The notes below the pieces were generated by a model. That model ran no database searches. It was given only the letters and a program-made list of their open reading frames with translations, and was not told where the DNA came from. From NCBI GenBank assembly GCA_965222075.1, contig OZ244937.1:3520001-3584000 (forward strand): 64,000 bases of DNA, in the 5' to 3' direction. The position numbers were made by a program, and so were the translations under genes. Below, piece by piece: positions 38,251-48,509 of the stretch (position 1 is the first letter of the stretch; each line of letters opens with the position of its first letter). The stretch comes from Candidatus Latescibacterota bacterium (GTDB lineage Bacteria > Latescibacterota > UBA2968 > GCA-2709665).

Positions 38251-39594
38251 TTAAGGGGCCCTATCTGTGGAGGAAACGCCCATATGGCAAAAAATCTCTC
38301 GCGCCAGCGCCAGCGCGCCTTCATAGTCGCCAACAACCCCCTCAAGCTGGGCATTTTCCACAGCGGTGAGCACGCGCTTAAACGCCGGGCCTGGGGAATA
38401 TCCAAGCCGGATCAAGTCATGGCCGGTAATCAGGGAAGCCGGGCGGACCTCCTCGGGGCCGAGTTCCTCTAAGGCGGTCCGGCAGAAGGTGTAGTTCTCT
38501 AAGTTGCCGTGGCTGGCAAGGCAGTCTATGCGATGCAACTCCAAGTGGTCCTCAAATCGCTCGGTCCGAAGAAACCGTTTAAGCCTGCTTGGCCGCATCT
38601 GCCGAACGTGCATAAAGCGGTGATGGTCGGCAACCAAGCGCACAATATGTCGGGTCTGATCGGCCGAAAACCGGAGCCGGCGGCAAATGGTTTCCGCCAT
38701 CTCGGCCCCCACGCGGGTGTGATTGTAAAACCGGATCCGATCGACGATCTGGAACGTTTTAGGCTTTCCCACATCGTGCAGGAGCACACCCATGGCCAGT
38801 TCCGGGGTCGGACTCCGCATCAGACCCAGCATCATCAGGGTATGGGTCAGCACATCCCCTTCGGGGTGGAACGCCGGAGGCTGGAGCACGCCTGCAAGAT
38901 CGAGGACTTCAGGCACGATGTGGGCCATCAACCCCAGATCGATCAACCAGCGCACGCCCAGGGGCGCCCCGCCCTCTGTGAGGATCTGAATCAACTCATC
39001 ACGGAGGCGTTCGGAGCTAACCTCCGGGAGCGTTGCGCTCAAACGCCTGATGGTCTGAAACGTCTCCGGATCGATGCGCCAGGTGTACCGGCAGGCAAAC
39101 CGGACGGCCCGCATCATCCTTAAGCGGTCTTCACCAAACCGCTGCTCTGGAGGTCCGATCGTCCGGATGACCTTTAAACGCAGATCCTTCTGTCCCCCAA
39201 CATAATCAATAACCCGACCCTCGATCGGGTCGTAGAACATTCCATTGACGGTAAAATCGCGCCGGAGGGCATCTTTCCGTTCGTTCGAGAAAATAACCCG
39301 ATCCGGGCGCCGGCCGTCGCTGTAGCCCGCGTCCTTCCGAAACCGCGCCACCTCAAACGTATGTCCGCCCAGCCGGACCACCACCACCCCAAAATGCGCA
39401 CCCACCTCAAGCGCACCTGGAAAGATGCCGATCACCTCGTCGGGATCGGCATTTGTGGCAATATCGTAGTCCTGGGGCTCCTGATCCAGGAGCATATCCC
39501 GCACGCATCCCCCCGCCCACAGGGCTTGAAACCCCCGGGAATGCAGCTTGCGAACAATCTCAATCGCATGGTCGCGTACAGGTGCGGAAGGCAT
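38251..39594 (-). CDS. cca: CCA tRNA nucleotidyltransferase / poly(A) polymerase family with HD domain
   Basis: GGCVRD, DYDIAT, RRDFTVN, EDRLRMMRAVRF, LLHDVGK. Confidence 0.88.
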   Translation of the reverse strand: MPSAPVRDHAIEIVRKLHSRGFQALWAGGCVRDMLLDQEPQDYDIATNADPDEVIGIFPGALEVGAHFGVVVVRLGGHTFEVARFRKDAGYSDGRRPDRVIFSNERKDALRRDFTVNGMFYDPIEGRVIDYVGGQKDLRLKVIRTIGPPEQRFGEDRLRMMRAVRFACRYTWRIDPETFQTIRRLSATLPEVSSERLRDELIQILTEGGAPLGVRWLIDLGLMAHIVPEVLDLAGVLQPPAFHPEGDVLTHTLMMLGLMRSPTPELAMGVLLHDVGKPKTFQIVDRIRFYNHTRVGAEMAETICRRLRFSADQTRHIVRLVADHHRFMHVRQMRPSRLKRFLRTERFEDHLELHRIDCLASHGNLENYTFCRTALEELGPEEVRPASLITGHDLIRLGYSPGPAFKRVLTAVENAQLEGVVGDYEGALALAREIFCHMGVSSTDRAP

Positions 39595-39599
39595 CGCCC

Positions 39600-40898
39600 T
39601 TAAGAAACCGGCACAGGAACCCGCTGGATGTGTGCACCCAAAGCGCGGAGACGCTCATCAATCCCTTCATGGCCCCGATCGATCTGTTCGATATTGTCGA
39701 TCACAGTCTCCCCCTCGGCGCAGAGACTGGCGATGAGCAGGGCCATCCCGGCGCGGATATCCGGACTCCTGAGGTGTTCACCGTAGAGCTTGGAGGGGCC
39801 AACGACCACGGCGCGATGGGGATCGCAAATAATAATCTTGGCCCCCATCTCAATGAGGCGGTCCAGCCAGTACAGGCGCTGCTCAAACATCTTTTCAAAA
39901 AAGAGCACAGTACCCCGCGCCTGGGTCGCAATCACAATGGCAGTACTCATCAAGTCGGGCGGGAAACCGGGCCAGGGATCGTCGTCGATCTTCGGGATGG
40001 CATCGCCCACATCTGGAACGATTTCCAGTTTCTGGTAGTTGGGAACCACGATGTCTTCCCCTTCGATCTCCACCTCCACGCCCAGCCGACGAAAGGTCAT
40101 GAGACTGCAGCGCATGTCGGCCGGTGCGGCATTCTGGATGCGGATCTCGCCGTTGGTCACCGCGGCTACGCCGATGAAACTGCCCACCTCCATATAATCG
40201 GGGCCGATGGTGTGCACCCCCCCCCCCAGGCCCTCCACCCCGTCAACCGTCAGCTTGTTGGTCCCAATGCCCGAGACCCGGCCGCCCATCCTGTTGAGGA
40301 GATGGCAGAGCTCCTGCACGTGTGGTTCCGAAGCCGCATTTCGGATCACGGTGCGGCCTCGGGCCAGTGTGGCGGCCATCACGGCGTTTTCGGTGCCAGT
40401 CACACTGCGTTCATCCAGAAAGATGTCGGTGCCCTTCAGACCGTTGGGGGCGCGCATCTCGTAGATGTGGTTCGTCTGAATGCGGGTGCCCAGAGCCTCC
40501 AGGGCGTGCAGGTGAGTGTCCAGAGGGCGCCGGCCGATCTTGTCCCCGCCAGGACGGGGCACGGTCACCTGGCCCTGCCGGGCCAGGAGAGGCCCGGAAA
40601 ACATAAAGCCGCCCCGCGCCTTACGAAAAAGATCCGGTTTGAGGGAGGTCTTGTCGAGGGAACAAGCGCACACGGTCAGCTCGTAGGGACCGGTCTCCCG
40701 GACATCCACACCCAAATCGCGCAGGAGTTCCACAAGGGTGATCACATCACCGATGTCCGGGACGTTTTTCAGGACGACCTCCTCATCGGTGAGCAGGGTC
40801 GCAGCCAGCACGGCTAAGGCAGCATTCTTATTCCCGGCCGGCGTGACCGTCCCGGAAAGCGAATATCCCCCTTCGATGACAAACTGCTCCATAACCAT
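39600..40898 (-). CDS. murA: UDP-GlcNAc 1-carboxyvinyltransferase
   Basis: [21 protein letters not shown] (Asp at the catalytic Cys position), SVTGTEN, PDIRAG. Confidence 0.93.
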   Translation of the reverse strand: MVMEQFVIEGGYSLSGTVTPAGNKNAALAVLAATLLTDEEVVLKNVPDIGDVITLVELLRDLGVDVRETGPYELTVCACSLDKTSLKPDLFRKARGGFMFSGPLLARQGQVTVPRPGGDKIGRRPLDTHLHALEALGTRIQTNHIYEMRAPNGLKGTDIFLDERSVTGTENAVMAATLARGRTVIRNAASEPHVQELCHLLNRMGGRVSGIGTNKLTVDGVEGLGGGVHTIGPDYMEVGSFIGVAAVTNGEIRIQNAAPADMRCSLMTFRRLGVEVEIEGEDIVVPNYQKLEIVPDVGDAIPKIDDDPWPGFPPDLMSTAIVIATQARGTVLFFEKMFEQRLYWLDRLIEMGAKIIICDPHRAVVVGPSKLYGEHLRSPDIRAGMALLIASLCAEGETVIDNIEQIDRGHEGIDERLRALGAHIQRVPVPVS

Positions 40899-40991
40899 TG
40901 TCCTTCGATCATCTCTTCGGAGGGGAGAATCACAGGGGATGATATGTCATTCGTGGTATAAGTTAAACTATAATATATCCTTGAGGAAAAT

Positions 40992-42082
40992 TCAAGAAGA
41001 AAAATAAGCGGAGGCCTGCGGCGCTGACACATCCTGGTAGAGCTGACCGCATCCCGCAGCAATCTCGACCCCCTTGCTGTAGCGCACCGTGGCCGTCAGA
41101 TAGGCATCGGCTAAGATCTCAACAAAGCGGTCAATACAGGGCTGGGGGGGTCGGAGAAACGGCGCGTCGTGAATGGGATTCCAGGGAATCAGATTGATTT
41201 TACAGGAGATATTCCGAACCAGCTTCACCAACCGCCGGGCGTCATCGGGGGTATCGTTGAATCCGTGGAGCAGAACGTATTCAAACGTCACACGGCGGCC
41301 GGCCTTCTGCCGATAGGTGTGGGCAGCATCTAAAAGCGCGGAAATGGGCCACTTCCGGTTGATCGACATAATCTGGGTGCGCTGCGCATCGGTGGTCGCA
41401 TTCAGCGAGATGGCCAGACCGACCTTGAGCCCTTCCTCTGCCAGCCGGAGAATCCCCGGCACATGGCCGACCGTTGACAGGGTAATCCGCCGCATCCCAA
41501 TCGCCGGGCCGTAATCTAAGTTCATCAACCGGATCGCGCGAACCACATTGTCGTAGTTGAGCAGCGGCTCCCCCATTCCCATCATCACTACATTGGTCAA
41601 ATCGTCGCCCTTTGCGGAGAGCCTGCGCCGAACGGCAATCAACTGATCCAGGATCTCTCCCGCCGTCAAGTCGCGCAGCAGTCCCATGCGTCCGGTGGCG
41701 CAAAAACCGCAGTCGAGCGGGCATCCCACCTGCGATGAGACACACAGGGTGCGGCGCCTGCCCTCCACCATCAGCACGCTCTCCACCCGCTGCCCGTCGG
41801 GCAGTTCAAACAGGACCTTCACCGTATGTCCATCCTCAGATCGAACCTCGGCCACCGCCCTCAGGTCCAGGACCGTCGCACGTTCCTTCAACTGGCCCCG
41901 CACGGCCTTGGACAGATCGGTCATCTCATCGAAATTCGTCGTTCCCCTGCGGTAGATCCAGGCCACAATCTGGCGGCCCCGGTAAGGTTCCAGCCCAATC
42001 GAAACGGCGAAGTCCTCTAACTCGCGGGGAAAAGCCCCTTCAGTTCCATCCGGGAGGCCCCGGTCGGTTCGGCCAAATCCAT
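40992..42082 (-). CDS. rlmN: 23S rRNA/tRNA C2-methyltransferase (radical SAM), frameshifted near 42026
   Basis: CVSSQVGCPLDCGFC, MGMGEPL, AGCGQL. N-terminus MDLAEPTGASRMELKGLFP is in another frame, after SD aaggagg. Confidence 0.9.
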
Positions 42083-42310
42083 CGCTGTGTCCCCTCCTTG
42101 ACGGTCGAATTTCCCTTTACAGTACCCAAGCGGTGGGGAGAATGCAAGGAAAAATCGGGTTGACAGGCGTTGCATTTTGGCCTATCTTCTCGTCCGTAGT
42201 ATCCACAGGACAATAGGTTACGTTATTTCTCCTGTCTATTTTTCGTACCCCTACCTTCCCCACCTGGGGACTTCCCTTTCCCTGTCAGGAACAACACAGA
42301 GAACCCCAAG

Positions 42311-43753
42311 ATGCCGGTCTACGACTTCGAGAGCCCTGCAGCGCCGCCCAAACCTCCCTCCCGCTTCCGGAAACCGGGCTTTTTCCTCCTCCTGGGCCTG
42401 CTGATCGCCCTGGGGGCCGTCTGGTTGAACCAGGCGCAAGAGGCAGATCCTGAACCGGAGCACGCCGCCGGGGCACGCCCCATCGGCGATCTCGAAGCCG
42501 TAGCAGTGCCCCCCCACGATACCTTCCCCGCAGAGTCCGAACCCCAGTTTATGGAAATCTCCGGACGTATTCGGCGGGAAGAGGTCTTTTCGGAAGCCCT
42601 CAAACGCGAGGACATCTCGCACGTCCAGGTTTTTGAACTCGTCTCAGCCGTCCGAAAAGGCGTACACCGCGCCGAGTTTAATCCAAATATCGTCCAGAGG
42701 GGCGACGGCTACCGGATCAAGGTCGACAGCCTGGGTGTCATCCACAGGTTTGAATACACCCAAAAAGGGGCAGTGGACACCCGATTTATCGCCCAACGGC
42801 AAAACGGCGTGCTGGTGGCCTGGAAAGAACGCATCCCCTTAGACCGCCAGGTGGTGATCGTCTCCGGACAAATCGAAGACATGCTCTGGAACGCCCTGAT
42901 TGCCACCGGAGAAAACCCCGCTGCCCTCAGCGCCAAAATGACGGACATCTTCGAGTACTACATCGACTTTATGGTCGACTGCCGAAAGGGAGACCGCTTT
43001 TCACTGGCCGTCGAGAAATTCTTTAAAGATGGGGGATTCGTCCGCTACGGAGAGGTCCTGTGCGCCGAGTACCGGGCCGCCCGAAAAGGCTACCAGGCCT
43101 TCCTCTACGAAGCCCCGGATGGAAATGGGGATTACTACGATGCCGAAGGCAGATCCCTGCGTGGGCTCTTCTTAAAATCGCCCCTCAACTACCGGCGGAT
43201 CAGTTCCAGGTACAGCGGCCGGCGTTTCCACCCCATCCTCAAGAAATTTATCCCTCACCACGGCATCGACTACGCCGCCAATTATGGCACCCCCGTATGG
43301 GCCACGGCCGCCGGTGCGGTTACCTTTATCGGCCGCAAACGCGCCCTGGGCAACTACATCGAAATCCGTCACAAAAACGGGTACAAAACCGGCTACGGCC
43401 ACCTGAGCCGGTTTCGCAAAGGCCTGAAGCAGGGATCGTATGTCAACCAGAAGCAGACCATCGGCTATGTGGGGGCCACAGGGCGCGCAACAGGTCCACA
43501 CTTGCACTACAACTTCTTCACGCTCAAAAGGAGGAAATATCGCCTGGCCAATCCGGCGAGGGTGGTCAACCGCCCAACGGGCAAATCGGTCCCCAAAGTC
43601 CACAAAGACCGCTTTTTGCGCCACCGCGACAGGCTCTGGGCGCTCCTCAACCGCACAAACGGCTCGGTCGTAACCGCCGCTTTAAACGCCCAACCCGAGG
43701 CCAAAGGCCCGGACAGAGAACCCACACCCCCAGTCTCCGGTTCCACACAATAA
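42311..43753 (+). CDS. M23-family peptidoglycan endopeptidase (MepM-like)
   Basis: N-terminal TM anchor; HHGIDYAA, YGHLS, ATGPHLHY. Confidence 0.9.
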   Translation: MPVYDFESPAAPPKPPSRFRKPGFFLLLGLLIALGAVWLNQAQEADPEPEHAAGARPIGDLEAVAVPPHDTFPAESEPQFMEISGRIRREEVFSEALKREDISHVQVFELVSAVRKGVHRAEFNPNIVQRGDGYRIKVDSLGVIHRFEYTQKGAVDTRFIAQRQNGVLVAWKERIPLDRQVVIVSGQIEDMLWNALIATGENPAALSAKMTDIFEYYIDFMVDCRKGDRFSLAVEKFFKDGGFVRYGEVLCAEYRAARKGYQAFLYEAPDGNGDYYDAEGRSLRGLFLKSPLNYRRISSRYSGRRFHPILKKFIPHHGIDYAANYGTPVWATAAGAVTFIGRKRALGNYIEIRHKNGYKTGYGHLSRFRKGLKQGSYVNQKQTIGYVGATGRATGPHLHYNFFTLKRRKYRLANPARVVNRPTGKSVPKVHKDRFLRHRDRLWALLNRTNGSVVTAALNAQPEAKGPDREPTPPVSGSTQ

Positions 43754-43766
43754 TGAAACGGCAGAT

Positions 43767-44933
43767 ATGAAAACCGCCTACTTCGACACCTTTGCAGGCA
43801 TCAGTGGAGATATGGTGCTGGGTGCGCTGATAGACGCCGGGCTGTCCCTGGAATCCCTTCAACGGGAACTGGAAAAACTCGGCCTGCGCGAATACCGGAT
43901 CGGTGCTCGGAAGGTAAAAAAGCACGGCATATCGGCCACAAAAGTCGATGTCACCGCAAGTGAAGGGCACGTCCACCGCCGCTTGGTGGACGTCCTTGAC
44001 ATCATCAACCAAAGCGGCATCTCCAAAGAGGCCCAAAAACGGGCGGGAAGGATTTTTCACCATCTGGCAGAGGCAGAAGCCAAAGTACACGGCACCACCA
44101 TCAACCGCGTCCACTTTCACGAGGTTGGTGCCGTAGACGCCATCATCGATGTCGTGGGCGCCGTGGTGGGCCTGGAACTGCTCGGTGTAGAAAGGGTCTG
44201 CGCATCCGTCCTTCGCTTCGGGCGGGGAACCACAAAAGGGGCACACGGCGCCATGCCCATCCCCGTACCTGCCGTGGCCGCCCTGTGTAAGGGCCTGCCC
44301 GCCGAGCGCACCGACATTCCATACGAACTGGTCACCCCCACCGGTGCGGCCATTCTTACAACGCTGGCATCCCAAATCGGAGGTCGGATCACCCTGTGCG
44401 CAGAACACGTCGGCTATGGCGCAGGAAGTCGGGACCTAAACCAGGTCCCCAACCTGCTCCGGGTAGAAATCGGCGAACAGGACCTCGACCTGCAGACGGA
44501 TACCCTCACGCTGATCGAAACCAACATCGACGACATGACGCCCGAAATCTACGGCTACCTCATCGACCGCCTCCTGGAGGGTGGGGCACGAGATGCCTAC
44601 CTTACCCCGCTTATCATGAAAAAAGGGCGCCCCGGCACCACGATCAGTGTCTTGGCCGACACCCCCCAAGTCCCCCCCTTAGTCGATATCCTCTTCCGGG
44701 AAACCACCACCCTCGGCGTGCGCCTCACACAGGTCAATCGCCTGAAACTCTCCCGTCGGTGCGGAACCGTTGAAACCCCCTTTGGAACCGTAGACGTAAA
44801 AATCGCTGAATACAGTGGACGCACCCGCATCGCGCCCGAGTTTGAAGACTGCGCCCGAATCGCCCGCCAGCAGAACGTGCCCATCTTGGACGTCTACCGG
44901 ACGGTCATCGCCTCCCAAGACCAAAACAGGTAG
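43767..44933 (+). CDS. larC: Nickel pincer cofactor biosynthesis protein LarC family
   Basis: GISGDMVLGAL, VHFHEVGAVD, ELVTPTGAA, ETNIDD, MKKGRPG. Confidence 0.92.
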   Translation: MKTAYFDTFAGISGDMVLGALIDAGLSLESLQRELEKLGLREYRIGARKVKKHGISATKVDVTASEGHVHRRLVDVLDIINQSGISKEAQKRAGRIFHHLAEAEAKVHGTTINRVHFHEVGAVDAIIDVVGAVVGLELLGVERVCASVLRFGRGTTKGAHGAMPIPVPAVAALCKGLPAERTDIPYELVTPTGAAILTTLASQIGGRITLCAEHVGYGAGSRDLNQVPNLLRVEIGEQDLDLQTDTLTLIETNIDDMTPEIYGYLIDRLLEGGARDAYLTPLIMKKGRPGTTISVLADTPQVPPLVDILFRETTTLGVRLTQVNRLKLSRRCGTVETPFGTVDVKIAEYSGRTRIAPEFEDCARIARQQNVPILDVYRTVIASQDQNR

Positions 44934-44941
44934 GAATACAT

Positions 44942-44966
44942 TTAAGGGCACGGCATGCCGTGCCCC
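44942..44966 (+). repeat. REP-like palindrome
   Basis: ttaagggcacggcatgccgtgcccc. Confidence 0.7.
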
Positions 44967-44993
44967 ACCCGGCCAATCCTTCACCCAAATCCC

Positions 44994-45239
44994 TCACCCC
45001 TCCTCGTCCATCCCTTCCAGCGTCTGCCTCAGTGCCTCCAGCGTCGCAATCTCTCCTTCTCCCTCGTGTGCACCCTCCTCTACCCCCGCCTCTGTCCCAA
45101 ACACAAAGTGCTCAAAATCCCGGAGAAACTTCAGACAGTGCCACACCCCCGTTCGCTCGAAGTCTTCTGTACAGAGTTCCCTGGGGATCGGGCACCCATC
45201 GTAAAGCCCCCTCGGGCAGGGTCGCCGTGTCTTTCCCAT
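44994..45239 (-). CDS. Small Cys-containing hypothetical protein
   Basis: SD ggagg; MGKTRRPCPRGLYDGCPIPRELC...HC. Confidence 0.5.
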   Translation of the reverse strand: MGKTRRPCPRGLYDGCPIPRELCTEDFERTGVWHCLKFLRDFEHFVFGTEAGVEEGAHEGEGEIATLEALRQTLEGMDEEG

Positions 45240-45275
45240 AAGCCCCCTCCACCCCCCAGTTTTCAGTTGCACCCC

Positions 45276-45797
45276 CTACCGTATCCTTTTCCAGGTATCG
45301 ACAAACACTTCGGGGAACACCGCGGTCATGGTATCCCCTTTGAACACCTGATAAAATCCCCTTTCATGGGAAATCTTGATCACCCCATCTTCCTCCACCG
45401 AAATCTTTCCCTTGGCCGTTTTCGCTTTGAGATAACCCGATATAGGGCTCTCTGCCGAAGACCGATAGCCCTGCCGGATAAGCAGATGACGTTTGCGCGT
45501 AATCGCCGATGTTGACACCTCGTAGGTGCTGGCCGCGTAATCAAAGGCCCGTGGGAAGTGGTCGCCCTCATCGATCAATACATTAAGGGTGACATGGGCT
45601 TTTCGAGAATCGATTGGCACCCACGAAAAAGCACCTGAAATCCGGGGCGATTGAATGAGGGTTCTATCGGACAATTCACGTGATTCCAGCACCCATGTCC
45701 CTTTTAACTGGTTTTGCATATCCGCCAGCCGATCGCTGCACCCTGGCACACTCCCCATCGCCAGCAGCCACAGCCCCACGGCGATCCAACGTCTCAT
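45276..45797 (-). CDS. Hypothetical lipoprotein (lipocalin-like)
   Basis: Lipobox VPGC; LKGTWVL and terminal DTWKR motifs. Confidence 0.65.
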   Translation of the reverse strand: MRRWIAVGLWLLAMGSVPGCSDRLADMQNQLKGTWVLESRELSDRTLIQSPRISGAFSWVPIDSRKAHVTLNVLIDEGDHFPRAFDYAASTYEVSTSAITRKRHLLIRQGYRSSAESPISGYLKAKTAKGKISVEEDGVIKISHERGFYQVFKGDTMTAVFPEVFVDTWKRIR

Positions 45798-45931
45798 GCC
45801 GACCTCCTTTTAAATTGCGGAGTGTGGAATGCGAATTGCGGAACGAAGGCTTTCCAACCCGAAATCCGAAATCATCAGCCCCAAGCCTCTCTTCGCCTAC
45901 AGTATATTCCCCATGCCTGTACCTGTCAAGC

Positions 45932-45970
45932 AAAAAAGGTCCCGAAGACAAAGCCTGCCTTCGGGACCCT
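45932..45970 (-). terminator. Intrinsic terminator after HU
   Basis: ggtcccgaag/cttcgggacc stem followed by a U run on the minus strand. Confidence 0.7.
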
Positions 45971-45995
45971 ATAACCGGGATAGAATGCATCATAC

Positions 45996-46271
45996 CTATT
46001 GCACAGAATCTTTAAGCGCTTTTCCAGCCTTAAAACGAACCGTCTTACTCGCAGCAATCTGAATCGTAGCCCCCGTTTGTGGGTTGCGGCCCGTCCGGGC
46101 GGCCCTGCTTCCCACAGAAAATGTTCCGAAGCCGGAAATAGAAACCCGTTCTCCTTTCCTGAGCGCCTCGGTAATCTCTCCCAGCGCCGCCTCCAGGGCG
46201 GCGCCGGCTGCCCCCTTCGCAATATCGGCCTTCTCAGCGATCGCATCAATCAGATCTGCCTTGTTCGGCAT
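45996..46271 (-). CDS. hup: DNA-binding protein HU
   Basis: [29 protein letters not shown]. Confidence 0.96.
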   Translation of the reverse strand: MPNKADLIDAIAEKADIAKGAAGAALEAALGEITEALRKGERVSISGFGTFSVGSRAARTGRNPQTGATIQIAASKTVRFKAGKALKDSVQ

Positions 46272-46302
46272 AGTCTCACCCCCTTTCTCCAAAAGACGCC
46301 TT

Positions 46303-46332
46303 AATATAGGTCCAAATGAGGGGTTTTGTCAA
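46303..46332 (-). promoter_or_regulatory. Sigma70 promoter for hup
   Basis: TTGACA-18 nt-TATATT. Confidence 0.55.
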
Positions 46333-46507
46333 GCTACGCCACGGTTTTTACGCCTCCCATAAGTGATTTCTCCTTGAATCTAAAGGGGTTATCTCCTATA
46401 TTTTTTCCTCTTCCAGTGGGGTCCTAATTTCCAGTATCCTGATCAGATAAAATGAAAAAGGGATACCCTCAGGGCTCCCTCACATTTTCACCACGGGAAA
46501 ATGACCT

Positions 46508-46981
46508 TCAGCAGGCCACCTGCTCCTTTTTTTCATCCTCGCCTTTCAAAATCTCAAGAACCTCTCCCGGTGTCCGTGCTTCTAAGAGTTTCCCACGTAC
46601 CGATCCCATATAAAGCAATCGGGCAATCTCGGCCACGGTTTTTAGATAGGCCTGCCCGTGTTTTTCCGGCCATCCGATCAGAACCAGAAGGTGCACCCGT
46701 TCCCCTTCCGCCCACGCGATCCCCTTCTGAGAGATCCCGAGGCCGATCACGGGCTCCAGCACCGAGTCGTTCCGATAGTGGGGAATGGCCACCCCCTTGC
46801 CAACCCCGGTGCCAAGCTGGGCCTCTTGTTGAAAGAGCCTGGAAAGAAACAGCCTGAAATCGGATATTTCCGGACCATCCTCCATCCGAGAGGCCACCTC
46901 ACGGATGGCACGGCCCTTCTTTTGCGCCTTCAATTCAACAAGGATACGATCTTCCTTCAAATACCTGAACAGGTTGGCCAT
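46508..46981 (-). CDS. Stand-alone PTS EIIA (fructose/Ntr type) protein
   Basis: TGVGKGVAIPH phospho-His motif, LGISQKGI, YLKTVAEIAR. Confidence 0.85.
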   Translation of the reverse strand: MANLFRYLKEDRILVELKAQKKGRAIREVASRMEDGPEISDFRLFLSRLFQQEAQLGTGVGKGVAIPHYRNDSVLEPVIGLGISQKGIAWAEGERVHLLVLIGWPEKHGQAYLKTVAEIARLLYMGSVRGKLLEARTPGEVLEILKGEDEKKEQVAC

Positions 46982-47010
46982 GCTCATCATTCCTCCCAAA
47001 TTGCATCTAC

Positions 47011-47862
47011 TCAGGCCGATTCCATCAGCGGTTCAAGTTGCGACCGGCGCCGGGGATGTCGCAGGCGGCGCAGCGCCTTCTCCTTGATCTGGCGCACGCG
47101 CTCCCGGGTCAGGTTAAAACGTGCCCCAATCTCTTCCAGCGTCAGGGATTCCTCGTTCCCCAGGCCAAAGTAGAGGCGAAGCACCTCTGCCTCCCGTTCG
47201 TCTAAGGAATCCAGTACCATTGCAACCTGCTCGCGGACCGAGTCATCAACCACCTCGATATCGGGCGCCTTCTGAGAGTGATCGGGCAGGATGTGAAGCA
47301 GGCTGTGGTCGTCGTCCTCACGGAAGGAGGCGTCCAAAGACCAGACGTCCCGCGCCCGCATCAGCGTATCCTGCACCATCTCCACAGACACGCCCAGCTT
47401 CTCGGCAATGGTTTCAGGTTCGGGGTCGGCCTCTTGGGACTGGCGCAGCTCCCGCGAAACCTTGGAGATATTGTGCAGCAGATCGATCCGGTTAATCGGC
47501 AGCCGGACAACGCGTGAATCCTGTGCCAGACTCTGATGAATCGCCTGCCGGATCCACCAGACCGCGTAGGAGATAAACTTGAAACCGCGGGCCCCATCAA
47601 ACCGCTCAGCAGCCGTCATCAACCCCATGTTGCCGGCGCTGATCAGATCGGCCAGAGGTACCCCGTGGTTTTGATACTCACGGGCCACACTAACCACAAA
47701 TCGGAGGTTGGCCGCAACCAGTTTATCCCTGGCCCTCTGATCACCCTTGCGAATCCGCTGCGCCAGTGCAATCTCTTCTTCAGCCGCAAGCGGTTCTGAA
47801 GAGGCAATATCCCTAAGATAAAGATCCAGAGACTCACTATCTTGAATCATAATCCCTGCCAC
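47011..47862 (-). CDS. Second short RpoD/RpoS-like sigma70 factor
   Basis: LVAANLRFV, GFKFISYAVWWIRQAI, LTRERVRQIKEKAL; SD aaggagg before GTG at 47862. Confidence 0.92.
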   Translation of the reverse strand: MAGIMIQDSESLDLYLRDIASSEPLAAEEEIALAQRIRKGDQRARDKLVAANLRFVVSVAREYQNHGVPLADLISAGNMGLMTAAERFDGARGFKFISYAVWWIRQAIHQSLAQDSRVVRLPINRIDLLHNISKVSRELRQSQEADPEPETIAEKLGVSVEMVQDTLMRARDVWSLDASFREDDDHSLLHILPDHSQKAPDIEVVDDSVREQVAMVLDSLDEREAEVLRLYFGLGNEESLTLEEIGARFNLTRERVRQIKEKALRRLRHPRRRSQLEPLMESA

Positions 47863-47924
47863 TGATCCAACCTCCTTAAAGAAGTACACCATAATTTGGG
47901 TATAGGATTACCGAGAAAAACCCT

Positions 47925-48509
47925 TCATTCAAAAAGCACCCACGCCCGATTCCTTTGACCTTTCAGGACACTCCGGCACAAGAATCCGTACATCTCCTCG
48001 GATGTGTGGCACCTCAGCAGTCCCGAGCGAAACGTCCGGTCCCGAAAGCGCCCCGCCAGGGTCCCCGACAGATGCAGGTAGTCCTCCTCTCCGATCACAG
48101 GCACGGCCAGCAAACAGAGCAGATGCACTCGCTGGGGATAGCGTTCCGAATGGAAATCGACGCCCTGCCGGGAGATCCCAAATGCCACATCCAGCCGGGT
48201 GGTCGATCGGCACCGCGCGTGGGGAAAGGCAACGCCTTTTTCAAGCACGGTGCTCTCTAAGTCCTCTCGATCCAAAACCGATTGCAAAAAGGCCAGACTA
48301 TCGGTCACACAGCCGGCTCTGTGCAATCGATCCACCATCTCCTTGATCGCCCCCATCCGGTCCGGAGATTGCAAATCCGGCACCATCAAGGCAGGATCGA
48401 ACCGAACCTCAGAGGGCGTCCCGCTGACAACCTGTTGCTTTCCAACCCCCGATCCATTCCCATCCCGTATCGAAGCCGGACCACTGTGGGGTGCGTTTTC
48501 CCCCGACAT
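47925..48509 (-). CDS. Stand-alone PTS EIIA (fructose/Ntr type) protein
   Basis: REDLESTVLEKGVAFPHAR, FGISRQGVDF. Confidence 0.82.
   Translation of the reverse strand: MSGENAPHSGPASIRDGNGSGVGKQQVVSGTPSEVRFDPALMVPDLQSPDRMGAIKEMVDRLHRAGCVTDSLAFLQSVLDREDLESTVLEKGVAFPHARCRSTTRLDVAFGISRQGVDFHSERYPQRVHLLCLLAVPVIGEEDYLHLSGTLAGRFRDRTFRSGLLRCHTSEEMYGFLCRSVLKGQRNRAWVLFE

Noticed and set aside
43767-44933. larC without larA/B/E
   Set aside because: Scattered lar genes are common; nothing unusual is visible here
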